Part shown: piece by piece, positions 20,410-31,402 of the stretch
Layout: every line of letters begins with the position of its first letter
How positions within the stretch are numbered: the first letter of the stretch is position 1
Assembly: GCA_944386675.1 (NCBI GenBank)
Contig: CALXBY010000003.1
Location: forward strand, 17,689-81,688
Length of the DNA stretch: 64,000 bases
Source: an uncultured Clostridia bacterium
GTDB taxonomy: Bacteria; Bacillota; Clostridia; TANB77; CAG-508
Direction: 5' to 3'
The notes under the pieces: generated by a model
The model's input: only the letters and a program-made list of their open reading frames with translations
Databases searched by the model: none
What the model was told of the DNA's origin: nothing
Translations under genes and position numbers: made by a program

Positions 20410-21495
20410 TTAATTGTATGTTTCCACGGGTTCAGCTGGTTCCACTAAGATTTTTATCAGCTGAAGCCTATTTTCAATTGATTCTTCCAAATCTTCATTA
20501 TTAGATCTGGAAATTTGGAGAGCGTCTCCTTTATATTTGGCTAAAATCTTTATTTTATTATTATCATCAAATTTTGCCAAAAATAAATTACCTTTTCGAT
20601 CTCCGATTTCATAATAAGCAATATTACCAACGCTTCCCAAGCACGTAAGTCTGCTTCCAGGAATTGAATATATTATGGGTTTTCCATTTGATGTTGACAG
20701 GGGTAGTTCCAATATTTCTCCAGTGTCCTTGCCTTTTATTGTAGCTATATATACATTTGCTACTTCATCAATCGGCTCAACATTATCCCATTCGCCCAGC
20801 CACTCTATAATGCCACTTTCTTTTGTGACTTCGTAAATTTTCCATTTACCATTGTTCAGTGGTTTATTTACTTGAAATCGGTTGGGAATACTTGACGAAA
20901 TATCCTGCTTATAGCCCTCAAATCTTTTTTGAAATGGCTCAGAAATAACTATTTTCTCATCTCTAAGGTACACATATTTAAAGCCTTTCCCGTCAAGCAT
21001 TTCTATTCCAGCATTCATAACTGGGTGGCCCCACTTCTCAAAAGGTCGAATGCTTCCATCAATTTCAGATATTTTCCCTGAAGAAATCCATAACATTTTA
21101 CTATACATGTTTCTCCTATTCTCTTGGAATAGGAGACCTTCTGTTCCATAAGACTGAAACCAATGGAAACCTGCTAATTCTTGAATTTCAACAACTTCAG
21201 ATTTGTTTTTCCATTTTTTAAACACCTTGTCACCGGTAGAAATTAGCAGATATTCTTCATTTTGTCCAGTTTTTATTACTTCATAATGAAATTTGGGATC
21301 TTTACGAAATGGTGCCAACAACATTTCTTTCTCTTCATCAATTATGGTCTCCTCTAATTCATCAGATTCGTTTTGCCTCTGCACAATAGAAATACCATAT
21401 TCCTTAAGAAGCTCATCTTTGTTATACCAATACCCTCCTAAATTTTCCATCCGCAGATACTTACAAGATTTTCCTTTTACCTTTTTTAATAACAT
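20410..21495 (-). CDS. hypothetical protein, no recognised domain, compositionally GC-shifted relative to neighbours
   Basis: 361 aa from ATG at 21495 (AGAGGA RBS); the track ORF starts at an upstream TTG; local GC visibly higher (CCACGGGTTCAGCTGG, GGGTGGCCCCACTTC). Confidence 0.5.
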   Translation of the reverse strand: MLLKKVKGKSCKYLRMENLGGYWYNKDELLKEYGISIVQRQNESDELEETIIDEEKEMLLAPFRKDPKFHYEVIKTGQNEEYLLISTGDKVFKKWKNKSEVVEIQELAGFHWFQSYGTEGLLFQENRRNMYSKMLWISSGKISEIDGSIRPFEKWGHPVMNAGIEMLDGKGFKYVYLRDEKIVISEPFQKRFEGYKQDISSSIPNRFQVNKPLNNGKWKIYEVTKESGIIEWLGEWDNVEPIDEVANVYIATIKGKDTGEILELPLSTSNGKPIIYSIPGSRLTCLGSVGNIAYYEIGDRKGNLFLAKFDDNNKIKILAKYKGDALQISRSNNEDLEESIENRLQLIKILVEPAEPVETYN

Positions 21496-21596
21496 ACTTT
21501 TTCCTCTCTTTCTCGCCAAATAGGCTTAAAATTGGTTACAGTTCTTAACTTGCGCTAGTATATCATAAAAATAACTCTTTTTCAATCTTATGTAAC

Positions 21597-22616
21597 TTAA
21601 AGATTCTTTCTCCTTAATTGCCCACATGCAGCATCAATATCTGATCCTAGTTCTCTTCGAATGGTCGCAACAATTCCATGGTCATTTAAATAATCTCTAA
21701 ATTTCATGATGTTTTCATTTGAGCTTTTGGTATAAGTTCCATTTTCTATTTTGTTAATTGGAATTAAATTTACATGACAAAGCATTCCTTTTAGTAGTTT
21801 TACTAATCTTTTTGCATCTTCTAAATTATCATTATTTTCTTTTGCTAAGGCATATTCAAAAGAAATTCTTCTATGTGTTTTTTCTATGTAATCCTTGCAT
21901 GCTTGTAATAATTCTTCTATATTATATGTATTATTTACTGGCATCATTTTACTTCTTTGTTCATCTGTTGTTGCATGCAAAGAAATAGACAAAGTACATT
22001 GTATATTTTCTTCTGCCAATTGATATATTTTAGGTACTAAACCACTTGTAGATATACTAATATGTCTAGCACCTATATTTAATCCTTTAGGATGATTGAT
22101 AATTCGAATTGCTTTTACGACATTATCATAATTGTCTAATGGTTCTCCTATTCCCATAAATACAATATTAGAAATTCTAACACCTGAATCTCTTTCTACT
22201 GCCATAATTTGTTCTATAATTTCTCCTGTACTTAAATTTCTGGCAAATGGAATTCCTGTTGAGGCACAAAATTTACATCCCATTTTGCATCCAATTTGTG
22301 AAGAAACACAAATACTATATCCATGATGATATTGCATCAATACAGTTTCAATTGCATTTCCATCTAATACATCAAATAAATATTTTTTTGTTCCGTCTGA
22401 TGCAACTTGTTTTTTTAATATTTTAAATTCTTTAATTTCATAGACTTGTTTTAATTTTTCTCTTAATTCTAATGATAGATTTGTCATATCATCAAAATCA
22501 GATACTCTTGCTTCATAAATCCATTTATAAATTTGTTCTGCTCTAAATGGTTTTTCTCCGATTTCTTTTAGTTCTTCTTTTAATTCATCTAATGCATAGT
22601 CTTTGATATTTTTCAT
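21597..22616 (-). CDS. rlmN: 23S rRNA/tRNA adenine C2-methyltransferase RlmN (radical SAM)
   Basis: 339 aa; CKMGCKFCAS radical-SAM CxxxCxxC, C-terminal ...DIDAACGQL. Confidence 0.9.
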   Translation of the reverse strand: MKNIKDYALDELKEELKEIGEKPFRAEQIYKWIYEARVSDFDDMTNLSLELREKLKQVYEIKEFKILKKQVASDGTKKYLFDVLDGNAIETVLMQYHHGYSICVSSQIGCKMGCKFCASTGIPFARNLSTGEIIEQIMAVERDSGVRISNIVFMGIGEPLDNYDNVVKAIRIINHPKGLNIGARHISISTSGLVPKIYQLAEENIQCTLSISLHATTDEQRSKMMPVNNTYNIEELLQACKDYIEKTHRRISFEYALAKENNDNLEDAKRLVKLLKGMLCHVNLIPINKIENGTYTKSSNENIMKFRDYLNDHGIVATIRRELGSDIDAACGQLRRKNL

Positions 22617-22692
22617 TATTTTTCCTCACTTATATCTTTAATCATTATTCTATTTTTCAATTATTACATATTCTATTATATCATCTTTCTTC

Positions 22693-23667
22693 CTAATTCA
22701 AATACTGTATATTTTGATTTTTTGGTAATTCATATATTTCCAAATTCTCTTCGTTCTTATTTTTTTCATTTAATGAAACTGCATTTATTTGATTATTGTA
22801 ATAGGTTTTAAAATAATATATGCCTTTACTTGCATTCATACAAGAAGAATATGTTGTCATATCATAATTATTTTCTTTAGTTATAACACTTCCCTTTATC
22901 ATTGAAACAGAATCTAATATATGAAAAAATTGAGAGATAGAACTTTCTTCATCCTCATCTGTAATTGAGTTAAGCTTATAAAATGCTGTTCTTACAAATC
23001 TAGAAGTTGGTGTTACATCTCCTGGTAATCCCATCATTCCCATTCCTTGTCCATATGGCTTCAAATCAATTTCTTCTGAAAATGTATTAGTTGGAAATTT
23101 AGCTGATACATTCATATAATTGTTCATATTCATGTCATGATAATAAAAAGGAGGATTGTTTGTTAAAACTCCATAGGGATTATCATAAATTTGTAATCCA
23201 TATTTCGTTTGTTCTAATACAATACATTCTTTTTCATCACTTATCATCCAATGTAACTCAGCATTTGGCATATTCTCTGAGAACGCTTGATTTGTTATAT
23301 TTATCTTTTCTAAATCTTTCCTTAATTCTGCTATATTTGAATAGTTTCCCAAACACCATGGAATAAGTTCAAATGATGCTATATTTAAGTAACTTTCTTT
23401 TTCTTTATAATACACTGCATTTCCAGGGAAATATAATCCAGCAATACATAATCCTTTTTCATTAACTGCATCTGCATATAATGGATAACTGTCTATTACT
23501 GTTGCCATTCCTATCATAGCATACTTAGTTTGAAAACTGTTTTTGTTTTTTAGTTCAAATTTATACTTTCTAGGTGTAATTATTACTTTTTCTCCAAAGT
23601 TATATTCTAAATCCAAATTTCTTCCAAAGTAGAAATCTTTTGTTTTAAAATTAATACATGTACACAT
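22693..23667 (-). CDS. choloylglycine hydrolase family protein (bile salt hydrolase / linear amide C-N hydrolase, Ntn-hydrolase)
   Basis: 324 aa; N-terminal MCTCINF with Cys2 nucleophile typical of the BSH/PVA family. Confidence 0.75.
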   Translation of the reverse strand: MCTCINFKTKDFYFGRNLDLEYNFGEKVIITPRKYKFELKNKNSFQTKYAMIGMATVIDSYPLYADAVNEKGLCIAGLYFPGNAVYYKEKESYLNIASFELIPWCLGNYSNIAELRKDLEKINITNQAFSENMPNAELHWMISDEKECIVLEQTKYGLQIYDNPYGVLTNNPPFYYHDMNMNNYMNVSAKFPTNTFSEEIDLKPYGQGMGMMGLPGDVTPTSRFVRTAFYKLNSITDEDEESSISQFFHILDSVSMIKGSVITKENNYDMTTYSSCMNASKGIYYFKTYYNNQINAVSLNEKNKNEENLEIYELPKNQNIQYLN

Positions 23668-24083
23668 TTTATCACCTATATTTTTATCTCTTACAGATTT
23701 TTCATTTCTCTCGGAATGATAATATTTCTTGGTCTATTTACTTTTATTAATTGTTGGTAATTCTCAAATATTTTATAATCCTTTCCGTAAAAAAACATCA
23801 TCAGACCTCTTCTTATTTTATCAAATTTTGTATGTTTTATTACAATTAATCCTGTTTCCATTTTTTTATGTGACATAAAAATCACCAACCTTATCTAATT
23901 AAGGAGGTTTCTTTTTGAGATTTCCCCTATTGGACAATATTATATCATTATACCTATTTATATACAAGAAAAAATTTTTTTGATTTTTACTATTACATCC
24001 AATTTTCAAATATGATATAATAAATAAGTATGTAAACGTGTAGCTTTAATGGCGTAAATCCAGTTTAGCTACGCGTTCTTTTT

Positions 24084-24605
24084 ATGATGAAAGGAGGGAA
24101 TCTTATGCCAACAAACAAAAAAGAAGGAATTATTTTTGGAATTAGTATGTGTTTCATTATGGTATTTTTTATGGGACTTTTAAATATCTCTATTCATTTA
24201 GGTGGATTTAATTTAAATTCTATAAAAACTACATTAGTTGCTTTTCCTATAACATTTATTATTGTATTTATTTTAGAAAATGTAATTATTGGAAAAATCA
24301 ATCACAAATTATTAGAAAAATTTGTTGATAAATCTGATAGTAAAAATGCACATATTCTTTTCAATTGTTTCTTTATTGTAACATTAATGTCTTTAATCAT
24401 GACTATTATTGGCGGTTTTTTAGGTGGAGATAACGCACAAACTATTTTTAGTGAATTCTTTATTAGATGGCCTAGAAATTTCTGTGCAGCATTTTTCTTA
24501 AATATCCTAGTTGCTGGTCCTATTAGTAGAGCAATTTTAAGAGCAATTCAATCTAAAAACAGCACAATAAATGATTCTGTTTTAGCTAATCAAAATAATG
24601 ATTAG
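24084..24605 (+). CDS. small polytopic membrane protein (hypothetical)
   Basis: 173 aa, 4 predicted hydrophobic helices; AAAGGAGGG RBS; preceded by a 9-bp stem-loop plus U-run in the leader. Confidence 0.5.
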   Translation: MMKGGNLMPTNKKEGIIFGISMCFIMVFFMGLLNISIHLGGFNLNSIKTTLVAFPITFIIVFILENVIIGKINHKLLEKFVDKSDSKNAHILFNCFFIVTLMSLIMTIIGGFLGGDNAQTIFSEFFIRWPRNFCAAFFLNILVAGPISRAILRAIQSKNSTINDSVLANQNND

Positions 24606-24703
24606 TCATTCTATATTTCAAAAAATGACGATTTGGAAATCAATTCCTTTATGGAATTCTCCTAATCGTCATTTTTTCTCTTATTTTTGTAATAACAATT
24701 TTA

Positions 24704-25891
24704 TTAACATGTCTCATTTAGAAACGTCCCCAATTGGACATCTGCCATTTTTTCCATTTGTGCTATATTTTCATCACTCATTGTTGATTTTATTGTTATT
24801 ATTGGGTCAATCATATTTATATTTTTCATTTCTTCTAATATTCCCTTCATACATTTCCCAGCTGAAGGTGCCCATGAACCATTTTCTATAATTCCTACTG
24901 TTCTATTTTGATAATTTCTTTCTTTTAAATGTTCTAAAAATTGTTTCATTGGTGGGAATAATCCCGCATTATAGCTAGAAGATGCAACAATTAAATGTGA
25001 ATATTTAAAAGCTTCTCCTACCGCCTCTGCCCAATCTTTTTTAGTTAAATCTGCTAAAACAACCTTTTTTGCACCTTTTTCTTTTAAAATTTCTTCCATC
25101 TTTTTAGCCGCTTTTAAGGTATTTCCATAGATAGAACTACAAGCTATATAAATTCCTTCTTCTTCTGGCTTGTAACTACTCCATGTATTATATTTTTCTA
25201 TATAATATCCTAAATTTTCTTTTAAAATTGGTCCATGTAAAGGGCATATCATTTCAATGTCTAAAGTTGCTGCCTTTTTTAATAATGCTTGTACTTGCAT
25301 TCCATATTTTCCGACAATTCCAAAATAATATCTTCTTGCTTCTTCATTCCATTCTTCATCTACATCTAGTGCACCAAATTTTCCAAATCCATCTGCTGAA
25401 AATAGTATTTTTTCTGTTTGTTCATATGTTACCATAACTTCTGGCCAGTGTACCATTGGTGCCATAAAGAATTGTAGTTTATGGTTTCCAATATCTAATA
25501 CATCACCTTCCATAACAACAAATTTTCTATTAGAAAAATCAATTTCTTTGAAGAAATTTGCAAGCATATTAAAGGTAAGTTGATTTCCGACCACCTTCAT
25601 ATCTGGATATTTTTTCGCTAATATTCCTATATTATATGCATGGTCTGGCTCCATATGAGAAACAATTAAATAATCTGGTTTTTCTCCATCTAATGCTTTT
25701 TCTAAATTTTCTAACCATTTGTCTGTTAATTTTTCATCAATTGTGTCTAGCACTACATTTTTCTCATCTTTTATTACATATGAATTGTAACTCATTCCGT
25801 TTTTTAATACATATTGATTTTCAAATATTTTAAGATTTTTATCACTTGCTCCTATATGGATAATATCCTTTGAAATTGTCATATCTGCCAT
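24704..25891 (-). CDS. flavodiiron protein (FprA-type; metallo-beta-lactamase-like diiron domain + flavodoxin domain), O2/NO detoxification
   Basis: 395 aa; HxExDH-type diiron motif LIVSHMEPDHAYN, C-terminal flavodoxin-like segment. Confidence 0.85.
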   Translation of the reverse strand: MADMTISKDIIHIGASDKNLKIFENQYVLKNGMSYNSYVIKDEKNVVLDTIDEKLTDKWLENLEKALDGEKPDYLIVSHMEPDHAYNIGILAKKYPDMKVVGNQLTFNMLANFFKEIDFSNRKFVVMEGDVLDIGNHKLQFFMAPMVHWPEVMVTYEQTEKILFSADGFGKFGALDVDEEWNEEARRYYFGIVGKYGMQVQALLKKAATLDIEMICPLHGPILKENLGYYIEKYNTWSSYKPEEEGIYIACSSIYGNTLKAAKKMEEILKEKGAKKVVLADLTKKDWAEAVGEAFKYSHLIVASSSYNAGLFPPMKQFLEHLKERNYQNRTVGIIENGSWAPSAGKCMKGILEEMKNINMIDPIITIKSTMSDENIAQMEKMADVQLGTFLNETC

Positions 25892-25925
25892 TTTTCATTC
25901 TCCCTTTCTAAAACTCTCTAATATT

Positions 25926-27629
25926 TTATATTTCTGTAATAATGATTTCATGAATTAAACCATTTTCATTATAGTTCATTTCTATGTTGTATCTTGAAGT
26001 TGTACTGATATCATCAGTTGATACACTTGTTTCATCTCTATCTAGTGTAATAACTCCACTTATACTTATTTTTCTTTCTTCGTCTTCTTGTGATATATTA
26101 TTTGTAAGAACTGCTTGTATCAAAACTTTCGTAGCTGTTCCTCTTTGCTCTCCTTCGTATTGTATAAACTTTTGGTTAAAGCTTTCTTTTTCTATTTCAC
26201 TCATAGAATTATCTTCTACAACATTTGTTGCTTGGTTATACATCATTAATGAAAGTGATGTTAATGGAAAAGCATATAACATTGGATTTCCATATTCACT
26301 AAATCCGATTTCTTCCATTTGCATTGTATTAACTTGTCCTATTCTTTCTCCAATTGCTGATAATAGTGTGGCTATTTGTTCACCATTATATTCATTTAAT
26401 AATTGTATTTCCTCTTCTGCATAGTCTTCTATGTTTATATTGTCTTTAAATGTATCTGTACAGTTTAAATTATATACTAGTTTTTGTTCTTCTCCATTAA
26501 CTGTTATAATAGCTCCGATTTGATAAGTTTCATTAACACTACTTAATTGTTCTAATCCCTGGTAACTTGCACTCATAAAATATCTCATATTATCTTGTGT
26601 TTCTGTATCTTTGCTGTTAAATTCTACTGTATATGTTAAAACTCCTTGGGTACTTGATTTTGTTAAACTTATCTCTGTTTCTTCTGATTTTATAGTTATT
26701 CCTGATAATTTTCTGTCTGTTTGAGATACCATGATTGATATATTTCCATTTTGAATCTCTGCATCATTTAAATTATCAATTGATTCTTGGATAATATCTT
26801 GAATCGTTACTTCTTCAGTAGAATTTTGATTCATTAATTCTAATGTTTCTTTTGACATTTCTTCTATTCTAGGTAACAAAATCTGATTATTTTTTAAATC
26901 TTCTAACACTGCTATTATTATATCTTTTAATTCTTGGTTAGTTAATTCTACAGCGTAGGTTGTTGTTTCAACATTTTGCGTTTTTGTAAATTCTTTTCCT
27001 TCTAGTTTTGTTTGTAGAATTGTTTTATATGTTTCTTTTAACTGTTCTTTTTCCTCATCTGTAAAGTTACGTGTTTGGTTATTTATATTCTCAAATAAAT
27101 CTATTTTATCTGGGATTTCTGCTGTATCTGTTATTCCAAATTTTTCAGCAAATTCTTTTAAATTTTCATTTTGTATTCCTATATATTTGCTAGAAACATA
27201 ATTAGTTTGTAATCCTAATGTTTCATTAGCATATTTATACTTTATTGGAAAATTTACATCATCTGAATAATTAATTGCTATTTCTTGCTCATTTTTTCTT
27301 GCTGTATTATCTATTTTTCCTGAATATTCTATATTAAAATCATTAATTGTCTGTAATACGTCTGCATCTAGACCTGTCATATTAATATCTACATAAAACT
27401 TACCACTATCTTCATATTTTCCGGTATATTTCTTATTTGAATATTCACTTAGTCTATTATCTATAAAGCCATCTTCTTGTTCTACCATTTGTCCTAAATA
27501 TTGAAAAAATAATTGTTTATTTGTTTTTAATAAATCCGTTCCAAAATATAGGTATGCAAAAACACCACCTAAAATAGCTATTAAAATGATTAATATAATG
27601 ATAATTCTTCCTATAACTTTTGTCTTCAT
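25926..27629 (-). CDS. hypothetical membrane-anchored extracellular protein
   Basis: 567 aa; single N-terminal TM (IIIILIILIAILGGVFAYLYF) then acidic/Thr-rich ectodomain. Confidence 0.5.
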   Translation of the reverse strand: MKTKVIGRIIIILIILIAILGGVFAYLYFGTDLLKTNKQLFFQYLGQMVEQEDGFIDNRLSEYSNKKYTGKYEDSGKFYVDINMTGLDADVLQTINDFNIEYSGKIDNTARKNEQEIAINYSDDVNFPIKYKYANETLGLQTNYVSSKYIGIQNENLKEFAEKFGITDTAEIPDKIDLFENINNQTRNFTDEEKEQLKETYKTILQTKLEGKEFTKTQNVETTTYAVELTNQELKDIIIAVLEDLKNNQILLPRIEEMSKETLELMNQNSTEEVTIQDIIQESIDNLNDAEIQNGNISIMVSQTDRKLSGITIKSEETEISLTKSSTQGVLTYTVEFNSKDTETQDNMRYFMSASYQGLEQLSSVNETYQIGAIITVNGEEQKLVYNLNCTDTFKDNINIEDYAEEEIQLLNEYNGEQIATLLSAIGERIGQVNTMQMEEIGFSEYGNPMLYAFPLTSLSLMMYNQATNVVEDNSMSEIEKESFNQKFIQYEGEQRGTATKVLIQAVLTNNISQEDEERKISISGVITLDRDETSVSTDDISTTSRYNIEMNYNENGLIHEIIITEI

Positions 27630-27751
27630 TTGTTATTTTCCCCCTTTTTATTTTCCTTTTCAAATTTTATCATAATAATTTATTTTTGTACACCTTTTGT
27701 TGTTTTTTATTGTATAGAAAAAAAATGAACTTTAAGGACTGTCCCTAAAGT

Positions 27752-29614
27752 TCAATCAATTTCAATTGCTCCTGTGTATAATCCATAATATGTTCCTTTT
27801 TTGGCAATTAATTCATTATGGTTTCCTCTTTCGATGATTCTTCCATGATCTAATACCATGATTAAATCAGAATTTTTAATAGTAGAAAGTCTGTGTGCAA
27901 TAACAAATACAGTTCTTCCTTTCATTAATTTATCCATTCCTTCTTGAACAATTTTTTCTGTTCTAGTATCGATACTTGATGTTGCTTCATCCAAGATCAA
28001 TACTGGTGGATTATTTAATGCTGCTCTTGCAATAGATAATAATTGTCTTTGTCCTTGTGACAAACCTTCTCCATTACCAGTTATCATCGTATCATATCCA
28101 TGTGGTAAGTGTTTAATAAATTTATCTGCATTTGAAAGTTTTGCAGCTGCTTCAACCTCCTCATCTGTTGCATTTAGCTTTCCATAACGAATATTGTCTC
28201 TTATGGTTCCTGTAAATAAACTCGTATCTTGAAGAACCATTCCTAATGATCTTCTTAAATCATCTTTCTTTATTTTTCTAATATTAATTCTATCATAACG
28301 AATTTTTCCGTCTTGAATATCATAAAATCTGTTGATTAGATTTGTAATCGTTGTTTTTCCTGCTCCTGTTGCTCCAACAAAAGATACTTTTTGCCCTTCT
28401 TTAGCTGCTAAAGTAATATCATGTAAAATTCTTTTCTTTTTCTCGTATCCGAATTGTACATCTTCAAATTCTACTTGACCACGAAGTCTTGTATAGGTGA
28501 TTCTTCCATCTTTATGTGGATGTTTCCATGCCCACATTCCTGTTCTTTCTTCTGATTCAACAATTTTTCCATTTTCCATTTTTGCATTAACTAGTGTTAC
28601 ATATCCTTCATCAACCTCTTCTTCTTGGTCAATTAAGTCAAAGATTCTTTCAGCACCTGCTAATGCCATAATAATAGAGTTCATTTGTTGTGATACTTGA
28701 CCTAATGGATTTGTAAAGGCTTTTACATATTGTAAAAAGGCTGCAATACTTCCTATTGTTAAGATACCATTAACTGATAAAATACCACCAATAACAGCAA
28801 CTAATACATATCCTAAGTTTCCAATATTCATAATACATGGCATTAAGATATTGGCATACATATTGGCTTTTGTCATACTATCACATAATTGTTCATTTAA
28901 CTCATCAAATCTTGCTTTTGAATCTTCCTCATAGTTAAATACTTTGACAACTTTTTGTCCTTCCATCATTTCTTCAATATATCCATTAACTTTTCCAATA
29001 TCTTCTTGTTGTTTAACGAAAAATCTTGAACTATTTCCACCTAAATATCTTGATACAAATATCATTAATATTACCATTGCTAATACCACTAATGTTAAGT
29101 AAAAATTTGTTGCAAACATAGCAATTAATACGGCTACCATAGAAACACAAGCTGAAAATACTTGTGGGATACTTTGGCTAAGCATTTGTCTTAATGTATC
29201 TACGTCATTTGTATAAGTACTCATAATCTCACCATGTGAACGACTATCAAAATATCTAATTGGTAGTTTTTGCATATGATTAAACATTTGCTCACGAATT
29301 TTATTTAGAACACCTTGTGATATATTAACCATTAATCTGTTATATGTAAATGTACAAATCACACCTACTAAATAGATAAGTGCCATTATCATAATCACAT
29401 TTAATAATGCTGAATAATCTGGAGACTTGTTTCCTAAAAGTGGTGTTATAACATCATCAATTAAGTATTTAATAAATTGTGTACCAATAACACCTACTAA
29501 AGCACTAATAATGATACTTACTAAAACAACTACTAGTTGTAATTTATATCCTTCTGTTACATATTTTAATAGTCTTTTAATTGTTTTTCTTTTCTTCCCC
29601 TTACTTTTAAGCAT
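27752..29614 (-). CDS. ABC transporter, fused permease/ATP-binding protein (type I exporter)
   Basis: 620 aa; 6-TM domain then GATGAGKTT Walker A, LSQGQRQLLSIARA signature, ILILDEATS Walker B. Confidence 0.9.
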   Translation of the reverse strand: MLKSKGKKRKTIKRLLKYVTEGYKLQLVVVLVSIIISALVGVIGTQFIKYLIDDVITPLLGNKSPDYSALLNVIMIMALIYLVGVICTFTYNRLMVNISQGVLNKIREQMFNHMQKLPIRYFDSRSHGEIMSTYTNDVDTLRQMLSQSIPQVFSACVSMVAVLIAMFATNFYLTLVVLAMVILMIFVSRYLGGNSSRFFVKQQEDIGKVNGYIEEMMEGQKVVKVFNYEEDSKARFDELNEQLCDSMTKANMYANILMPCIMNIGNLGYVLVAVIGGILSVNGILTIGSIAAFLQYVKAFTNPLGQVSQQMNSIIMALAGAERIFDLIDQEEEVDEGYVTLVNAKMENGKIVESEERTGMWAWKHPHKDGRITYTRLRGQVEFEDVQFGYEKKKRILHDITLAAKEGQKVSFVGATGAGKTTITNLINRFYDIQDGKIRYDRINIRKIKKDDLRRSLGMVLQDTSLFTGTIRDNIRYGKLNATDEEVEAAAKLSNADKFIKHLPHGYDTMITGNGEGLSQGQRQLLSIARAALNNPPVLILDEATSSIDTRTEKIVQEGMDKLMKGRTVFVIAHRLSTIKNSDLIMVLDHGRIIERGNHNELIAKKGTYYGLYTGAIEID

Positions 29615-31347
29615 CTTCGTCTCCTCCTTTCATCTGTGATTCATATACTTCTCTATAAATTTCGTTTGTTTTTAGTAATTCTTCTGATGTTCCAATTCCA
29701 TCTATTTTTCCTTCATTTAAAACAATAATTTTATCGGCATCTTCTATTGAAGAAACTCTTTGTGCAATAATAATTTTAGTTGTATTTGGAATTTCTTCTC
29801 TAAATGCTTTTCGAATTAATGCATCTGTTTTTGTATCTACTGCACTTGTTGAATCATCTAAGATTAATATTTTAGGTTTCTTTAGCATTGCTCTTGCAAT
29901 ACATATTCTTTGCTTTTGTCCTCCTGAAACATTTGTGCCACCTTGATCTAGTACAGTTTCATATTTACTTGGGAATTCTTTAATGAATCCATCTGCTTGT
30001 GCTAATTTACAAGCCTCTTCCAATTCTTCTTGATCTGCCTCTTTATCTCCCCATCTTAAGTTTTCTGCAATTGTTCCAGAAAATAGGACATTTTTTTGTA
30101 ATACCATAGCTACTGCATCTCTTAAAGTATGAATTTCATAATTTTTAACATCAACGCCTCCAACTTTAATACTTCCTTTTGTAACATCATATAATCTTGG
30201 AATTAATTGTACAAGTGTTGATTTTGAACTTCCTGTTCCTCCAATAATTCCTATGGTTTCTCCAGCTTTAATATCTAAATTAATATTTTTCAGAGCAAAC
30301 TTATCCTCGTTTTGCTCGTCACTATATTGGAAACTTACATTTTCAAATTTAATAGAACCATCCTTTACTTCTGTTACTGGATTTTCTTTATCTTTTATGG
30401 TTGGTTCTTCATCAATTACTTCAATAATTCTTTCTGCTGATGATTGTGCCATGATAATCATAACAAATACAAATGATAGCATCATAAGACTTGCAAGAAT
30501 TTGCCATGCATATGTAATAATACTTGATAATTGACCTGTTCCGCATTTCTCCACCAACAATTAGCTTTGTACCAATCCATGAAATTAATAAAATACAAGT
30601 ATAAATGGTAAATTGCATAACCGGTCCATTAAAAGCAACAATTTTTTCAGCTTTTTTGAATTTTTCATATACTTCGTCATTTACTTCTTTAAACTTCTTT
30701 TCTTCGAAAGATTCTCTAACATAAGCTTTTACAACTCTAATAGCTGATACATTCTCTTGCACTACTCTATTTAATTTATCGTATTTTTTAAATACGCTTT
30801 CAAAATTAGGATGTGCTTTTATAGCTATATAAAATAAAATAGCTCCTAAAACTGGTATTGCTATAAAAAAGACTGCTGACAACTTCAAACTGATAGACAT
30901 TACCATTAATAAAGCAAATACCATCATAATTGGTCCTCTAGCCAAAATTCTGATAATCATTTGAAATGCCATTTGTACATTAGTAACATCTGTTGTCATA
31001 CGAGTTACTAAACTTGATGTTGAAAATTTGTCTATATTTTCAAATGAATAATCTTGAATTTTATGGAACATTGCTTTTCTTAAATTTTTAGCATATCCTG
31101 CTGATGCTTTTGCTGCAAATCTTCCTGATAACATTCCAAATGTTAAAGATAATATAGCAGAAACAATTAGTAATGCTCCCATTTCTAGGATATAGTGTAC
31201 ATCTCCATTTTGAATTCCTACATCAATAATTTTTGCCATTAATAATGGAATAACAACTTCCATAACAACTTCTAAAACAACAAAAATAGGTGTTAATATG
31301 GTATCTTTCTTATATTCTTTTATATAACTTGCTAATTTTTTTAACAT
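29607..31347 (-). pseudogene. ABC transporter fused permease/ATP-binding protein (exporter partner), interrupted by a single-base frameshift near 30545-30550
   Basis: TMD ORF 30421-31347 and NBD ORF 29607-30560 overlap in different frames; junction ...LIVGGEM|...TGQLSSIITYAWQIL with a 4-nt CGGA where 3 nt are expected; NBD has GGTGSSKST, SGGQKQRICIARA. Confidence 0.6.
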
Positions 31348-31402
31348 ATCTCTCTCCTTTCTTTTATATTGTTTTTAGAAACAGATTTTTTTATCTAAAA
31401 TC

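Noticed and set aside
23691-23888. 65-aa ORF between the BSH-family gene and the membrane-protein gene
   Set aside because: It has no RBS or recognisable motif and is too short to support, so it is not listed as a feature.
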